Part shown: piece after piece, positions 49,528 to 59,755 of the stretch
How positions within the stretch are numbered: the stretch's first letter is position 1
Layout: the number at the start of each line of letters is the position of its first letter
Origin: a virus
Taxonomy: Duplodnaviria > Caudoviricetes
Direction: 5' to 3' (one strand)
DNA: 62,575 nt
IMG/VR virus record: IMGVR_UViG_3300006751_000011
Span: 1 to 62,575 of that record
Notes under the pieces: model-generated
The model's database searches: none
The model's input: only the letters and a program-made list of their open reading frames with translations
What the model was told of the DNA's origin: nothing
Program-made: the position numbers and the translations under genes

Positions 49528-52500
49528 TGACAGTATTGGCAAACGAAGAAGAGTTAATTGGTTCCCTGATTCCAGATGTGTACATTAAAACAATCACCCT
49601 GGAAACAGCCGGAACAGTCATTCGCGAAACTAATCCACATATCGAGCACGCTAGGGAGACAATATCAGCATCTCCACCGACAAACAATAATTTGTCGGCA
49701 ACGTTGGATCTTTTACTAAAGGAAGAGTTCAGTAACGATCTCATTGGTTCTTGGTTTAGCGACCAGGACTTTCAAAAGTATTTGCGGTTTACTGTTATCC
49801 AGTCTTCTCACCCGTTGGTTACAAAAATATTATCAGCAGCGAATAATGCAATTCAAATTGTGAACATGAATTCTGCCGATGAAACTGCCGTCTTCGCGGC
49901 GGAGCTTATGGCTGAACTGAAAGATTTGCCAGAATTCAGTACGTTCGCCGGTGTTACAGCCGCATATTCAGAAGAAGACATTCCAGAAATAATGGAGCTT
50001 ATTGAACAGAACACAAAAACTAAATATGTCTCGGTTAAAGAGTTTATGCTCAATAACAATTCAATGCTCAACCAGAAAACTCAGTCTGTTACCGATTCGG
50101 GGCACCGTATATTTGATTTTACTTTTCGGCTCAAATTTGATATTCCAACATCCAAGCCACAACATTTAAGTTATTTTGCGGTTTCTTCCATCGATATCGA
50201 TCAGATTATTTCTGATTACAATCTTGATAAAACAGATACCCATCTCTTAGAACTTATGAATGGCAAAACCGTTTTGGATAACGTCATAGCCAATGGTAGT
50301 TTGGTATCCAAGTCTTTTGTTTTTAGAGACCAAGACGGTCTTATATGGTCTGGACCCGTACACAAAGAGTCTGGTATGTGGCTCACGGGAAGCCCAGAGA
50401 GCTTAAGCAAAAGCCCGTTAACGAGGGCTGAAATTGAAAATGGAAAAATTCAAGATTTTAGAAATTATGACGATCTTGAAAGACTGCAATTAAATTTTTC
50501 AGTTGTAGAAAATACGTCATTTAATAGTAATCTTCCATTCCAAAGACTTACTAATGACAACATGGATGTTCCACGCGCAAAAAGTTATTTTTCTGATGTC
50601 GCTCTTTCTAGAGATAGCCAAGGGGCTTGCCGTTTTATTTTCGGACTTGACTATGGAAAGATGGTTAAAGAAAACACAAAATATGGCGCATTATATAATA
50701 AAAATAACTTGCAGCGGATGTTCGATAACGTTAGAATTAGAAACTTTTCTGTACTACGCCGCCGCGTGACACGCGCAGCAACGACACTTAATCAGCTTGG
50801 CAGTCCTGTGGAGAAAACAGAGATCTTTAATCAAGATGAGGCTGTTGATATTATTTGTCACTCTGGAGAATCCACACCTGGCAAAATGAAGTTAGGTACT
50901 GAAATAAATGGTGTAGTGAGGGAGGTTTCTCTCGCGTCACATTCCGACATTTCCGAAGTAAGGCACTTCACAGGTATTGATCATTCAATGCCACTTGTTA
51001 CAGATGGATATTACCAATATGGCGTTGAGATTGAGATAGAAGACCGCACTGATAAATTGATTCTGGACAAGATAAACGATCTTGCTAAAGCAAAGTATTG
51101 GCTGGACCATTATTATAATTTAAGTATATTACCAGCACACTTCGATCTATTGGGAAATAAATTCACAGAAGAATTTATTGATCAAATGTACAGCCAGTAT
51201 GGCTGGAAGGCAGGGGGAAAGCCGCTCATCACAAGTCCGTGGATTGCGCCAGTAACGTCCTATTTGGAAACTCTATCGTTCTTCCGGAAGAAGCCTGTTA
51301 ATATGAAGCTAGCGACCTCCTTATGGAAATATACAGATCCGAAAACCGGAAACCCTCGCGGCATCGCGATGATTCAGAAATTAATAGAAAATCTGGCACA
51401 AAGATTAGCTTCTGTCATTGGCGTAAATATCTCAGAAAAACGACCGCCCAATCTTTCTCCAGATGGTGATGGCAATTATGTCATGCCAGCGGCTATCTTA
51501 TCACCTGGAAAGCCACCTCTTAAAACATTTAAGCTGGAATATTATTTCCATCAAGTTTTTGACAGTAACTTGCCAAAGGCGGTTGGTTATGATTATCTTT
51601 CAAAGGGTCCTTTGGAAAAAGAGCCCAGCAGGCACGGTTTGAGAACAATTAGCAGCGCAGATTATAGACAGCGCACGGAGTTGGAATCTTTAAAATTTTT
51701 CAACGACTTAAACAGCGATATTAGTATGAGAGCATCAAATTCAGTTTCGTATACCGAAGGGGATACGCTGTCCAGCACATCACTGACATATCTTAGCCCT
51801 TCAAATGTTAATCTAGCAGTGCGGGGTAACTATTCTATGCTGGATAATCCGTTTGATCCGGAGAAGGCATTGAAGATACAATCGGCTATAACCGCGATCA
51901 ACCTTGCTAAAAAATCTCCGTTCATGCCGGTCTTATCGCCGTCACAACAAAACCCGAATGCCTCTTCTCAAATGGATCAGGGGCAGTTGGATATCAAGTC
52001 TAATATGACTAGCGTGATGTCTATTTTCGGCTGTACAACGGCAGCCCCGGTGTCTTCTCCCTTTCAAAATTTTCCACAATTATTAGATTTGGATTATGAC
52101 CCATATGCCGATGCTGAAGAATTGATGGGTCTGGCGTATAGCAATGTCGACCAATCAAAACGCCCCGCGACAGACGAGATAAAAAATAATGAACTGGAGA
52201 CTAAAACAAACCCGGTGTCTTTATTTGTTAATCTTGCTTTTCCGATGTTTATGTCTGGGAAGGGAATGTCAAATCTTTTTACCAATTATAATCTTGCAGA
52301 CTCTATGTCTAAACCAGCCAAGAGGCTGTTATTAAACAGTTTTAATATTAATTTTTATAAGTTGACGAACACATCTGGCTCGCCGTCTGCGATAGAGACC
52401 GCCACATCTGCTCTTGCGACAGCTACGGAGTTGCCCACTACAACCGTGGGTAATAACGCGGTGAACGCGAGTATGATGTCACAAATGTTAAACCTTCCGA

Positions 52501-53060
52501 ATCAAGTGAAATCTCTGTTCTTATCAGATACAGCCGGTGCTACTGTCAAATATAACTGGTTGGCTAATGATGGTCTTCCGACCTTGACCAAGGCTGCGTT
52601 TATCTTAAATTATAAAACGCTGCGCAGAACAGAAGTGTTTGTTGGGTACGGTCGCGACAGTGAAGGGCAACCCATGCTTAAAAACCCCATATGGGAACCA
52701 CTCACAGAGAAGCTGCTTGATAAAGCATCGGATAATAACTTACTTTGTCGCACCGTAAAATATGAAAATAAAACCTTCGGATGTGTTGAAGCGATCGGGA
52801 TGCGATTGCCAGTGTATAACAAATATTTTGTTATCGGAGGGGATTCTTCAGTTACCAAGCCAGCCCCAAAACCGTATCTCAATAAATTGAAAGTCTCGTT
52901 CAACAGGGTTTTAAAACAACACCAACACCTCCGACCAGAATTTTTATCTACCGGAATAATTCCTTCAAAGCTGGTCACCCCGACTGCCTCGACCAAACTT
53001 AAGGTTGCGGAAAAGGTTGACTTAACAAAAAATATTAAGTTGGACACTAAGGTAAAATAA
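49527..53060 (+). CDS. Large hypothetical structural protein
   Basis: ~1177 aa, translationally coupled within the baseplate module (TGATG overlap). Confidence 0.6.
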   Translation: MTVLANEEELIGSLIPDVYIKTITLETAGTVIRETNPHIEHARETISASPPTNNNLSATLDLLLKEEFSNDLIGSWFSDQDFQKYLRFTVIQSSHPLVTKILSAANNAIQIVNMNSADETAVFAAELMAELKDLPEFSTFAGVTAAYSEEDIPEIMELIEQNTKTKYVSVKEFMLNNNSMLNQKTQSVTDSGHRIFDFTFRLKFDIPTSKPQHLSYFAVSSIDIDQIISDYNLDKTDTHLLELMNGKTVLDNVIANGSLVSKSFVFRDQDGLIWSGPVHKESGMWLTGSPESLSKSPLTRAEIENGKIQDFRNYDDLERLQLNFSVVENTSFNSNLPFQRLTNDNMDVPRAKSYFSDVALSRDSQGACRFIFGLDYGKMVKENTKYGALYNKNNLQRMFDNVRIRNFSVLRRRVTRAATTLNQLGSPVEKTEIFNQDEAVDIICHSGESTPGKMKLGTEINGVVREVSLASHSDISEVRHFTGIDHSMPLVTDGYYQYGVEIEIEDRTDKLILDKINDLAKAKYWLDHYYNLSILPAHFDLLGNKFTEEFIDQMYSQYGWKAGGKPLITSPWIAPVTSYLETLSFFRKKPVNMKLATSLWKYTDPKTGNPRGIAMIQKLIENLAQRLASVIGVNISEKRPPNLSPDGDGNYVMPAAILSPGKPPLKTFKLEYYFHQVFDSNLPKAVGYDYLSKGPLEKEPSRHGLRTISSADYRQRTELESLKFFNDLNSDISMRASNSVSYTEGDTLSSTSLTYLSPSNVNLAVRGNYSMLDNPFDPEKALKIQSAITAINLAKKSPFMPVLSPSQQNPNASSQMDQGQLDIKSNMTSVMSIFGCTTAAPVSSPFQNFPQLLDLDYDPYADAEELMGLAYSNVDQSKRPATDEIKNNELETKTNPVSLFVNLAFPMFMSGKGMSNLFTNYNLADSMSKPAKRLLLNSFNINFYKLTNTSGSPSAIETATSALATATELPTTTVGNNAVNASMMSQMLNLPNQVKSLFLSDTAGATVKYNWLANDGLPTLTKAAFILNYKTLRRTEVFVGYGRDSEGQPMLKNPIWEPLTEKLLDKASDNNLLCRTVKYENKTFGCVEAIGMRLPVYNKYFVIGGDSSVTKPAPKPYLNKLKVSFNRVLKQHQHLRPEFLSTGIIPSKLVTPTASTKLKVAEKVDLTKNIKLDTKVK

Positions 53061-55733
53061 ATGACAATTGCAGCAAATATAGCAGAAATTCTTAGTATGT
53101 ATGGCGCAGCCCTCGCGCTACCAGACCCCGAACAGGTACAACAGGTTGTTGATAGTCTCCAAAAGGAGGCGTCTGCTCAGCAGAAAAAAAATAATCAGAC
53201 ATCCACATACACCGGCGCAGCCAAGAGAAGGTTTGTTGTTGAGAATACCAGTTGGGGACCATCACTGGAAGAACGGCTTGATCCAGACTTTGAATTGGGA
53301 GCAGCCCATGGAGAGAAAGTAGATAAGCTCCGTGAAGCTTCTGGCAAATATTGGTCTTATAATAAAGAAAATTCTGACACTGGCACACCCCAGGGGGTAA
53401 AATTTATTGCCAAAGGGGGCGAACATGACACAAACGCGAACGTGCCTTTTAGGACTATAGTCTCTGCACCTGAATTTATTTCTTCGGCTGAGAGCTTTGG
53501 AGGTGAGAGAGACCCGTTTTTCCAGGTTCAACAGGGCGTATTAATCGCCCCGAATCAGGATATATTCAAAGATGAACAGGGGAATTATAGATCTGATAAT
53601 TGGCATACGCTAATTACAGGATTAGAAGGTGAGAACGCGACAGGAAATAGTGGTATTATTGACGAATATGTTGAGTATAACTATTTGGCGTTTGACATGC
53701 CACTGCCCTTTAACTACAATGAACTGGATAAATTAAATGTAGCGGGACCACAATACGTTAGATCGGCTGCTGAGTATAATTTTTATATCAAGTCCTACGA
53801 AGAACAATTCAGATTCGGTATGGCTGCGAATCAGCCAGAACCTTTATTGCCAAATTTGTATGCAATGATGATGGAGAAACATAATGAAACGAGCAATAAA
53901 CACTTCGCTGATCACATTTCTCTAAACGGTGCTTTGACAGACAGTGAAACTACCACTGGTGCAACCACTAAAAAATTTGAAATTAAAAAACACTCAGGTC
54001 AATATTTTGATATCTTTGGGCGCAGGGTGGAAGACGCCTTGACTAAGGGCGAATCCAGCGTTCCGGAATTGAATGGCACTCTTAAGGAAGTTGTTGACAA
54101 ATATACGAACTTAGTAGTACCAGAATCATCTGTACCAAATCTCAGAGAAATGTCAAGAAAAAAAGAACTTTTTCCGATGTTTGTCGATATGGAATTTTCA
54201 ACGGATCAGATGACAGAGTTTGCCCAGATGCTTAGTGACACCAAGCTCCTTGATGAGTTCATGTGGTCATTTATAAAAGACATTGTGACCATCGGCGGTC
54301 ACACCAATATGGACTTTACCGAGGTTGAGGAAGTTTCAAATATAGAAGTAATGGAAGATGGAACATCGGTTGTAAAAAAATATTCCCAGACCCGAAAGAA
54401 AACAAGAAAAACTTGGAATATTTTAGATTCATGGCTTAAGAAAAGCTCACTGGTAGACTTTTCAACAGGCGCTTTAGACTCCACTGTTAAGATGATGAGA
54501 GCCTATCAGCAGTCGATAGCAATGCAGAAAGCACTTTTCTTAGATAACGGCGGTACCGAGAAAGAACTCCAGTCAGACCCTTCTAAGAAATTTTTTAAAA
54601 GTCTTCTGGGAATTATTTTTGTTGGTAAACTTAAAACGTTTCTCAAGAATCGCTTTGTCACTTACGATAAGATGTTAGAGGGGCACACATGCCATTCTGA
54701 AGATGTGATGTATAGGATTGAAAAGAGCTTGGCAGATGCCTCCGGAAGCCCCACGGGAAATGTATTACAGAATTTTTGGTTTCCGAACACAAACGAGATT
54801 GACACGCTTAATTTTGTTGACACCCAAATAAAATATGGTAAACGTTACGCTTATAAGCTTTATGTATATAAAATTGCAGTTAACACCAAATATTCTTATA
54901 GCGAGTTGGGTGTGTGGAATTCGGGCGCAGCCTTCGTTGTAACACAAAAGCCGGAAGCGCTATTAATTGAGGAGGAGATCTTCCTAGATAATCACATTGT
55001 CTTGGACGACCCACCAATCCCACCAGAAGTTGAGGTGGTGCCATATTTCGCAGATGGCAATAAAATATTATTCAATATGAAGAGCGCCGTTGGAGAGTAT
55101 GTGCTGGACCCGATTCTTTTGAATCTGGAGGATATAGGACAACACGATGATATTAGAAGATCCCAGAAGCTTGAAGGAACTGATAAAATTAGATTCAAAG
55201 GTGACGATAAAGGGGGTTCTTTTGAAATTTACAAAATTGAGGATAGACCTCAGAGTTGGGACGACTTTGACAACCGGATGCTGACCGCTGTATCTAATAG
55301 AAACGCCTCAACTGGTGAATTTGTCGATTATATATCTTCTAATAAGAAATATTATTATACTTTTCGGATGGTGGACGTGCATGGACATGTGTCAAACCCG
55401 ACTGAAATATACGAGATTGAGCTTGTCAACGATGAGGGTTCTGTATATCTGAACAAGCGCATTGTTGAGCTAGCCCCTCGCGAACCAAAAAATCCATCCA
55501 AGCCAATGAGAAGACTATTACAGATTAAAGTTGCTCCGGAGCAGAGATTTTTAGATCTTTCCGGAGAAGAAGAGTCCGCTCTTGACGTCAAGAACCTTAA
55601 GCTTGGTCAGTTGCAGGAATCCCCATGGGGGAGAAAATTCAAGTTTAGGATCGTTTCTAAGAAGACTGGTAAAAAAATGGATTTTAATGTTGACTTTAAG
55701 GCAGAAATGGATAAAGGTTCTACACTTAAGTAA
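53061..55733 (+). CDS. Large hypothetical structural protein with FnIII/Ig-like C-terminal strands
   Basis: FVDTQIKYGKRYAYKL, PPIPPEV and FVDYISSNKKYYYTFRMVDVHGHVSNP resemble FnIII-type patterns. Confidence 0.55.
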   Translation: MTIAANIAEILSMYGAALALPDPEQVQQVVDSLQKEASAQQKKNNQTSTYTGAAKRRFVVENTSWGPSLEERLDPDFELGAAHGEKVDKLREASGKYWSYNKENSDTGTPQGVKFIAKGGEHDTNANVPFRTIVSAPEFISSAESFGGERDPFFQVQQGVLIAPNQDIFKDEQGNYRSDNWHTLITGLEGENATGNSGIIDEYVEYNYLAFDMPLPFNYNELDKLNVAGPQYVRSAAEYNFYIKSYEEQFRFGMAANQPEPLLPNLYAMMMEKHNETSNKHFADHISLNGALTDSETTTGATTKKFEIKKHSGQYFDIFGRRVEDALTKGESSVPELNGTLKEVVDKYTNLVVPESSVPNLREMSRKKELFPMFVDMEFSTDQMTEFAQMLSDTKLLDEFMWSFIKDIVTIGGHTNMDFTEVEEVSNIEVMEDGTSVVKKYSQTRKKTRKTWNILDSWLKKSSLVDFSTGALDSTVKMMRAYQQSIAMQKALFLDNGGTEKELQSDPSKKFFKSLLGIIFVGKLKTFLKNRFVTYDKMLEGHTCHSEDVMYRIEKSLADASGSPTGNVLQNFWFPNTNEIDTLNFVDTQIKYGKRYAYKLYVYKIAVNTKYSYSELGVWNSGAAFVVTQKPEALLIEEEIFLDNHIVLDDPPIPPEVEVVPYFADGNKILFNMKSAVGEYVLDPILLNLEDIGQHDDIRRSQKLEGTDKIRFKGDDKGGSFEIYKIEDRPQSWDDFDNRMLTAVSNRNASTGEFVDYISSNKKYYYTFRMVDVHGHVSNPTEIYEIELVNDEGSVYLNKRIVELAPREPKNPSKPMRRLLQIKVAPEQRFLDLSGEEESALDVKNLKLGQLQESPWGRKFKFRIVSKKTGKKMDFNVDFKAEMDKGSTLK

Positions 55734-55754
55734 TGTTTTTTTAGAAGAAAAGGA

Positions 55755-55780
55755 CTATTTATAGCAAACGCCTATTTACT
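55755..55780 (+). promoter_or_regulatory. Tandem putative late-promoter motifs CTATTTATA and CTATTTACT
   Basis: Copies at 55755-55763 and 55772-55780 in the gap before ORF 55809. Confidence 0.55.
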
Positions 55781-55808
55781 TTGTGGGATTTATGAGGGAG
55801 AATAACTA

Positions 55809-56732
55809 ATGGCATTTCTTGATAACTCAGGCGACATCATCCTTGATGCTGTCTTGACCGACACCGGAAGATTTCGACTCGCCAAGGGCGACGGCAGTTT
55901 TAGAATTGCCAAGTTTGCTATTGGCGACGACGAGATCAATTATGAGCTTTATAATAAGGACCACGCAAGTGGTAGCGCATATTTTGATTTGGAGATCCTT
56001 CAGACTCCATGTTTAGAAGCTTTTACAAATAATTCTTCTATGCTTAAGAACAGACTACTCTCGCTCCCACGAACTAACTTACTTTATCTTCCCGTTGTGA
56101 AGGTTAACGATAAGGAAGCTGCCCCGCGTAGTGATACTGGGGCACATATAGTCTGTGTTGACAAAGAAACATTTGATGATACAGCCTTTGTCAATAATAC
56201 GACAAACCCTGGTACTTTGGCTGGCGAAAATCCGAAAACAGGATATTTTATTCGCCTTGATCAAGGACTGGATACGACAGAGATCCCTCCCAGCTTTTCG
56301 CTTGATTCGGATCTCATCGAGACACAATACATTATTCAGATCGACAATAGGTTTGGTAGTATCGCCAGCAAGGCAGGCAACAGAGCAAAGGTTTCATTTA
56401 TTGATGACGACAATGTTGCTTCATATTATATGTCTCTGGGGACAGACCAAGAGTATGTTTCAGAGAATACCGAGAGGGAAACCGCAACCGGTTCCCAGGT
56501 CATCACAGGTCCACGTGGAACCACTCTAGAATTCAAAATTCAGTCGTCAATTGAGCTGAACAGCAGCACATATCTTTTCGAGAAGTTAGGCGACCTGTCT
56601 CCCGCTGTATCAACAGCACCGGCTCTTTCAAGCGGCGGTCAGGTATATTTCATCGATAGTATTATTCGCGTCACAGGCGCGACCACTGGATTTAGTGTTG
56701 ATATCCCCGTTAGATTTGTCAAGAAGAAATAA
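55809..56732 (+). CDS. Putative baseplate/tail structural protein
   Basis: MAFLDNSGDIILDAVLTDTGR..LAKG..FAIGDDEINY; GAGGGAG SD. Confidence 0.65.
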   Translation: MAFLDNSGDIILDAVLTDTGRFRLAKGDGSFRIAKFAIGDDEINYELYNKDHASGSAYFDLEILQTPCLEAFTNNSSMLKNRLLSLPRTNLLYLPVVKVNDKEAAPRSDTGAHIVCVDKETFDDTAFVNNTTNPGTLAGENPKTGYFIRLDQGLDTTEIPPSFSLDSDLIETQYIIQIDNRFGSIASKAGNRAKVSFIDDDNVASYYMSLGTDQEYVSENTERETATGSQVITGPRGTTLEFKIQSSIELNSSTYLFEKLGDLSPAVSTAPALSSGGQVYFIDSIIRVTGATTGFSVDIPVRFVKKK

Positions 56733-56751
56733 TTTTTAGAAGGTAATAAAA

Positions 56752-57903
56752 ATGGCAACCACATTTAAAACGTTTTTGAACAACGACATCGCTGCAACCA
56801 GAACTATGCTGCACGAGGCAATCCCGATTACTGGATCATTGGTTTCTGGAACATATGGTGGCAATACTGTTGCCCTAGGTTCGGAACCTCACGTTAAAAG
56901 CTACTCGCACGGTATGTTCCAGTCTGTATATGATTATCCTTATTTGAGTTCTTCTGCAAATCATATTTTTGATATCGCGATCGGAATCTCCCCGAAGAGC
57001 GAACTGTACAGTCAAACGACATCTCAGCAGTCTAAGAAAGCTAATATTTATAATCAGATGGCTCAAATTTTAATGGGTCACGATGTCACTGGTTCAATTC
57101 AAGAATTTGACGAAGATGGAAACATCCTGGCTGGCGGGACGAAGTTACAAGAGGTCTTTTTCTTGAACTTCGCTCGTCTTCTTGCAAAGGACGAGATTAA
57201 GAAAGGTTCTTTTGAACTGGAGTTGGGGGTCAAGGACGACCTCCTAGACGTGACATCCCCCGAGGCTCCTATGGGGAATAGAATCAAAATTACAGACGCT
57301 AGCGGATCAAACGGATTTTTTGTTAATTCACCTGCCGGTGAATATGGTGTTCTTTATGCCCAGACGACTGATGGTTCGACCCCGAGGATTGAAGACGAGA
57401 CCGTTGGAACATCCACAACACATCCCGCTTGTGGTTTAATTTTTTACCAAGCAGGTATCGCTGTTGTTTCAGGTTCTGTATTTAACGATAACGCTATGGC
57501 AGGGATTCTTGCTGATTCCGCGCAGGGAACACCTGAATTTGAATCGACCACAGTGGGATACACTGGGTTTAACTATGTTACTGCATCAACGATTGATGCC
57601 ACCTGTAACGCGATCCGACGCAGGATCTACAATATACAGTTCAATAATACAACAGAATTAAATTCTTCAATCTACTTCTGCCGTATCAATCACAACGATT
57701 TCAATTACAGTTCAAACCCGACATATCTTACTGGTAGCAAAATTCGTGTGAAGAACAGCACAGTTGATAACCCTGTGACTTATCTAACTACTGTGGGTCT
57801 ATACTCAGCAGATAACGAGCTGTTGGCTGTTGCCAAGTTAAGCGAGCCCCTTAAGAAAGATCCTTCCACGGAGATGACTCTGCGCGTAAGACTAGACTAC
57901 TAG
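56752..57903 (+). CDS. Putative baseplate/tail structural protein
   Basis: C-terminal NYSSNPTY..TTVGLY..LLAVAKLSEPLKK..RLDY. Confidence 0.65.
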   Translation: MATTFKTFLNNDIAATRTMLHEAIPITGSLVSGTYGGNTVALGSEPHVKSYSHGMFQSVYDYPYLSSSANHIFDIAIGISPKSELYSQTTSQQSKKANIYNQMAQILMGHDVTGSIQEFDEDGNILAGGTKLQEVFFLNFARLLAKDEIKKGSFELELGVKDDLLDVTSPEAPMGNRIKITDASGSNGFFVNSPAGEYGVLYAQTTDGSTPRIEDETVGTSTTHPACGLIFYQAGIAVVSGSVFNDNAMAGILADSAQGTPEFESTTVGYTGFNYVTASTIDATCNAIRRRIYNIQFNNTTELNSSIYFCRINHNDFNYSSNPTYLTGSKIRVKNSTVDNPVTYLTTVGLYSADNELLAVAKLSEPLKKDPSTEMTLRVRLDY

Positions 57904-57915
57904 GGGCAAGAAGCC

Positions 57916-59211
57916 ATGCCGCTATATCCATTTAGCCCCAATGATATATTTTGTAACCGAGTAAAAACAAATCCAAAAGTGGATTTTTGGATCTATGCTC
58001 TGAAAATGTATTACAATAATATGGGCGTCGACGCCGGAGCAATACATTCGCAGTCTTTGCACATTGAACCAGGGCACTTATCTCTTTATGAATTGAATGT
58101 TGACCGCGATCAGAATTCCGCCGGTCAAATGATATACCCGTTCATAACGAAAGAAAGCGGCATTTCTGCTTTTAAAACAGTGTCAACGAGTGACTTTAAC
58201 TCAGGCTACCTCTACGGCGAAGAGATCGCTGGGCAGTATCCACTATCTTCAAGCATCTCTATAGAAGCGTGGGAAAGCGATCCTACGTTTTATGATATTA
58301 AAAGTGACTTGTCGGTTGGACGCAGACACCTGTTGGCACTTCAGAATCCTATGGATTCTTATAAGTATCTCAGCCCACATTATGCATATTCGTCGTCGCT
58401 TGGACATAAAGGACAACAGCACGCAACGCTCCTAAGTATCCCATCCATTTTCTTTGGATCTTCAATTAAAAAGGGGTCTGTTAGTTTAAAATTTTATATT
58501 ACAGGTACCCTGGCTGGAGAGCTTCAAGATGTTAACAAGAACGGCGAATTGATACAAGTTTCAGGATCAGCTAACGCTTTGGGATCTACATATGGCTCGG
58601 GCTCAGTCGCGGGCGTCGTCCTCTACAATGAGGGGTTCGTCGCCATCACAGGAAGTTGGAGCCTGGATCCGTCTCATAAGGACGATTATAGTGCGAACAA
58701 CGCATACGACCAGAGCCCCAAGTGGATTTGGTTTGGAGCATCGGCGAATGTCACACCTAACGGTTGGGGCAATACGCGAGACCCCGCAGTCGCTAGACAC
58801 TCAGTTACGAGTTCTGCTTGGCATCTATCTTTTGAGGGCACTAACTATGTTCCTGCCTTGACGATGTTAGCTCACGCTCCGGCTGGAATGTTGAACCATT
58901 CTAACAACCCGACCTATAAACAATTCGGTCAGAGTACACATACAGACCTAGCCTTCTCAAGTTCGTTTCAGTATATTGAACCGGACAACGTAACAGTTAA
59001 AAATACAGTTAGTTCCAGTTGGGAAGTCTTGACTTCAAGCGCTAACCCAATATACCAGCAGAACTCAGCTAGTTTTAAAAAGCAAACGTTCATCAGTAAG
59101 ATTGGAATCTATGATGAAGAGAAAAATCTTATTGCAATTGCTAAGTTAGCTCGTCCAATTAAAAAAACCGAAGAAGACGATTTTACTTTTAAATTAAAGC
59201 TTGACATCTGA
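57916..59211 (+). CDS. Putative baseplate/tail structural protein, paralogue of ORF 56752
   Basis: Shares IKKGS, G..Y..G, NHSNNPTY and SKIGIY..LIAIAKLARPIKK..KLDI with ORF 56752. Confidence 0.65.
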   Translation: MPLYPFSPNDIFCNRVKTNPKVDFWIYALKMYYNNMGVDAGAIHSQSLHIEPGHLSLYELNVDRDQNSAGQMIYPFITKESGISAFKTVSTSDFNSGYLYGEEIAGQYPLSSSISIEAWESDPTFYDIKSDLSVGRRHLLALQNPMDSYKYLSPHYAYSSSLGHKGQQHATLLSIPSIFFGSSIKKGSVSLKFYITGTLAGELQDVNKNGELIQVSGSANALGSTYGSGSVAGVVLYNEGFVAITGSWSLDPSHKDDYSANNAYDQSPKWIWFGASANVTPNGWGNTRDPAVARHSVTSSAWHLSFEGTNYVPALTMLAHAPAGMLNHSNNPTYKQFGQSTHTDLAFSSSFQYIEPDNVTVKNTVSSSWEVLTSSANPIYQQNSASFKKQTFISKIGIYDEEKNLIAIAKLARPIKKTEEDDFTFKLKLDI

Positions 59212-59229
59212 TATCATATAAAGTATGAT
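59201..59229 (+). promoter_or_regulatory. sigma70-type promoter at the structural/replication boundary
   Basis: TTGACA (59201-59206), a 17-nt spacer and TATGAT (59224-59229). Confidence 0.55.
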
Positions 59230-59755
59230 AATGGGTCTGGACATTTCTACGAGTATAACAGGAGCTACCATACTAGATAATACTGGTAAGGTGGTAATCT
59301 GCAATGCTTGGGATCTTAGAAAATATAAAGGCTTCTTTCTCAAGGTGGAGAAGACGAAGATACTACTTGAAGAGATTGCGAAGAATCAAATGGTTGAAAA
59401 AATCTTCATTGAACAATCGCTCCAGTCTTTTCGGTCAGGTTTTTCATCAGCGCAAACTCTTTCCACCCTCGCAAGATTCAACGGAACGTTGAGTTGGCTT
59501 TGTTATGAAATGTTTTCAGTAGAGCCTGAATTCATTGGTGCTACAACAGCTCGCAAGCTTTGCGGGATAAAAGTCCCGAGAGGTCGGAAGGCAAAAGAGG
59601 TGGTTCTTGAAAAAATACTTGACATTGACCCAGACTTTGTTATAGAATACACAAAGCATGGTAATCCTCGACCCGGTACATATGATCGGGCTGATAGTTT
59701 AGTAATTGCAAGAGCTGGACTTGAACTTTGCAAGCAAGAAAACTTAAACTCTTAA
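59225..59755 (+). CDS. RuvC-like Holliday junction resolvase
   Basis: MGLDISTSITG, IFIEQ and DRADSLVIA form the RNase H-fold acidic tetrad. Confidence 0.8.
   Translation: MIMGLDISTSITGATILDNTGKVVICNAWDLRKYKGFFLKVEKTKILLEEIAKNQMVEKIFIEQSLQSFRSGFSSAQTLSTLARFNGTLSWLCYEMFSVEPEFIGATTARKLCGIKVPRGRKAKEVVLEKILDIDPDFVIEYTKHGNPRPGTYDRADSLVIARAGLELCKQENLNS

Noticed and set aside
33215-59211. Bacterial contractile injection system (eCIS/T6SS) or prophage instead of a lytic phage
   Set aside because: The module is flanked by phage-type sigma, primase, resolvase, tRNAs and PhoH. No host housekeeping genes, integrase or T6SS membrane complex are present.
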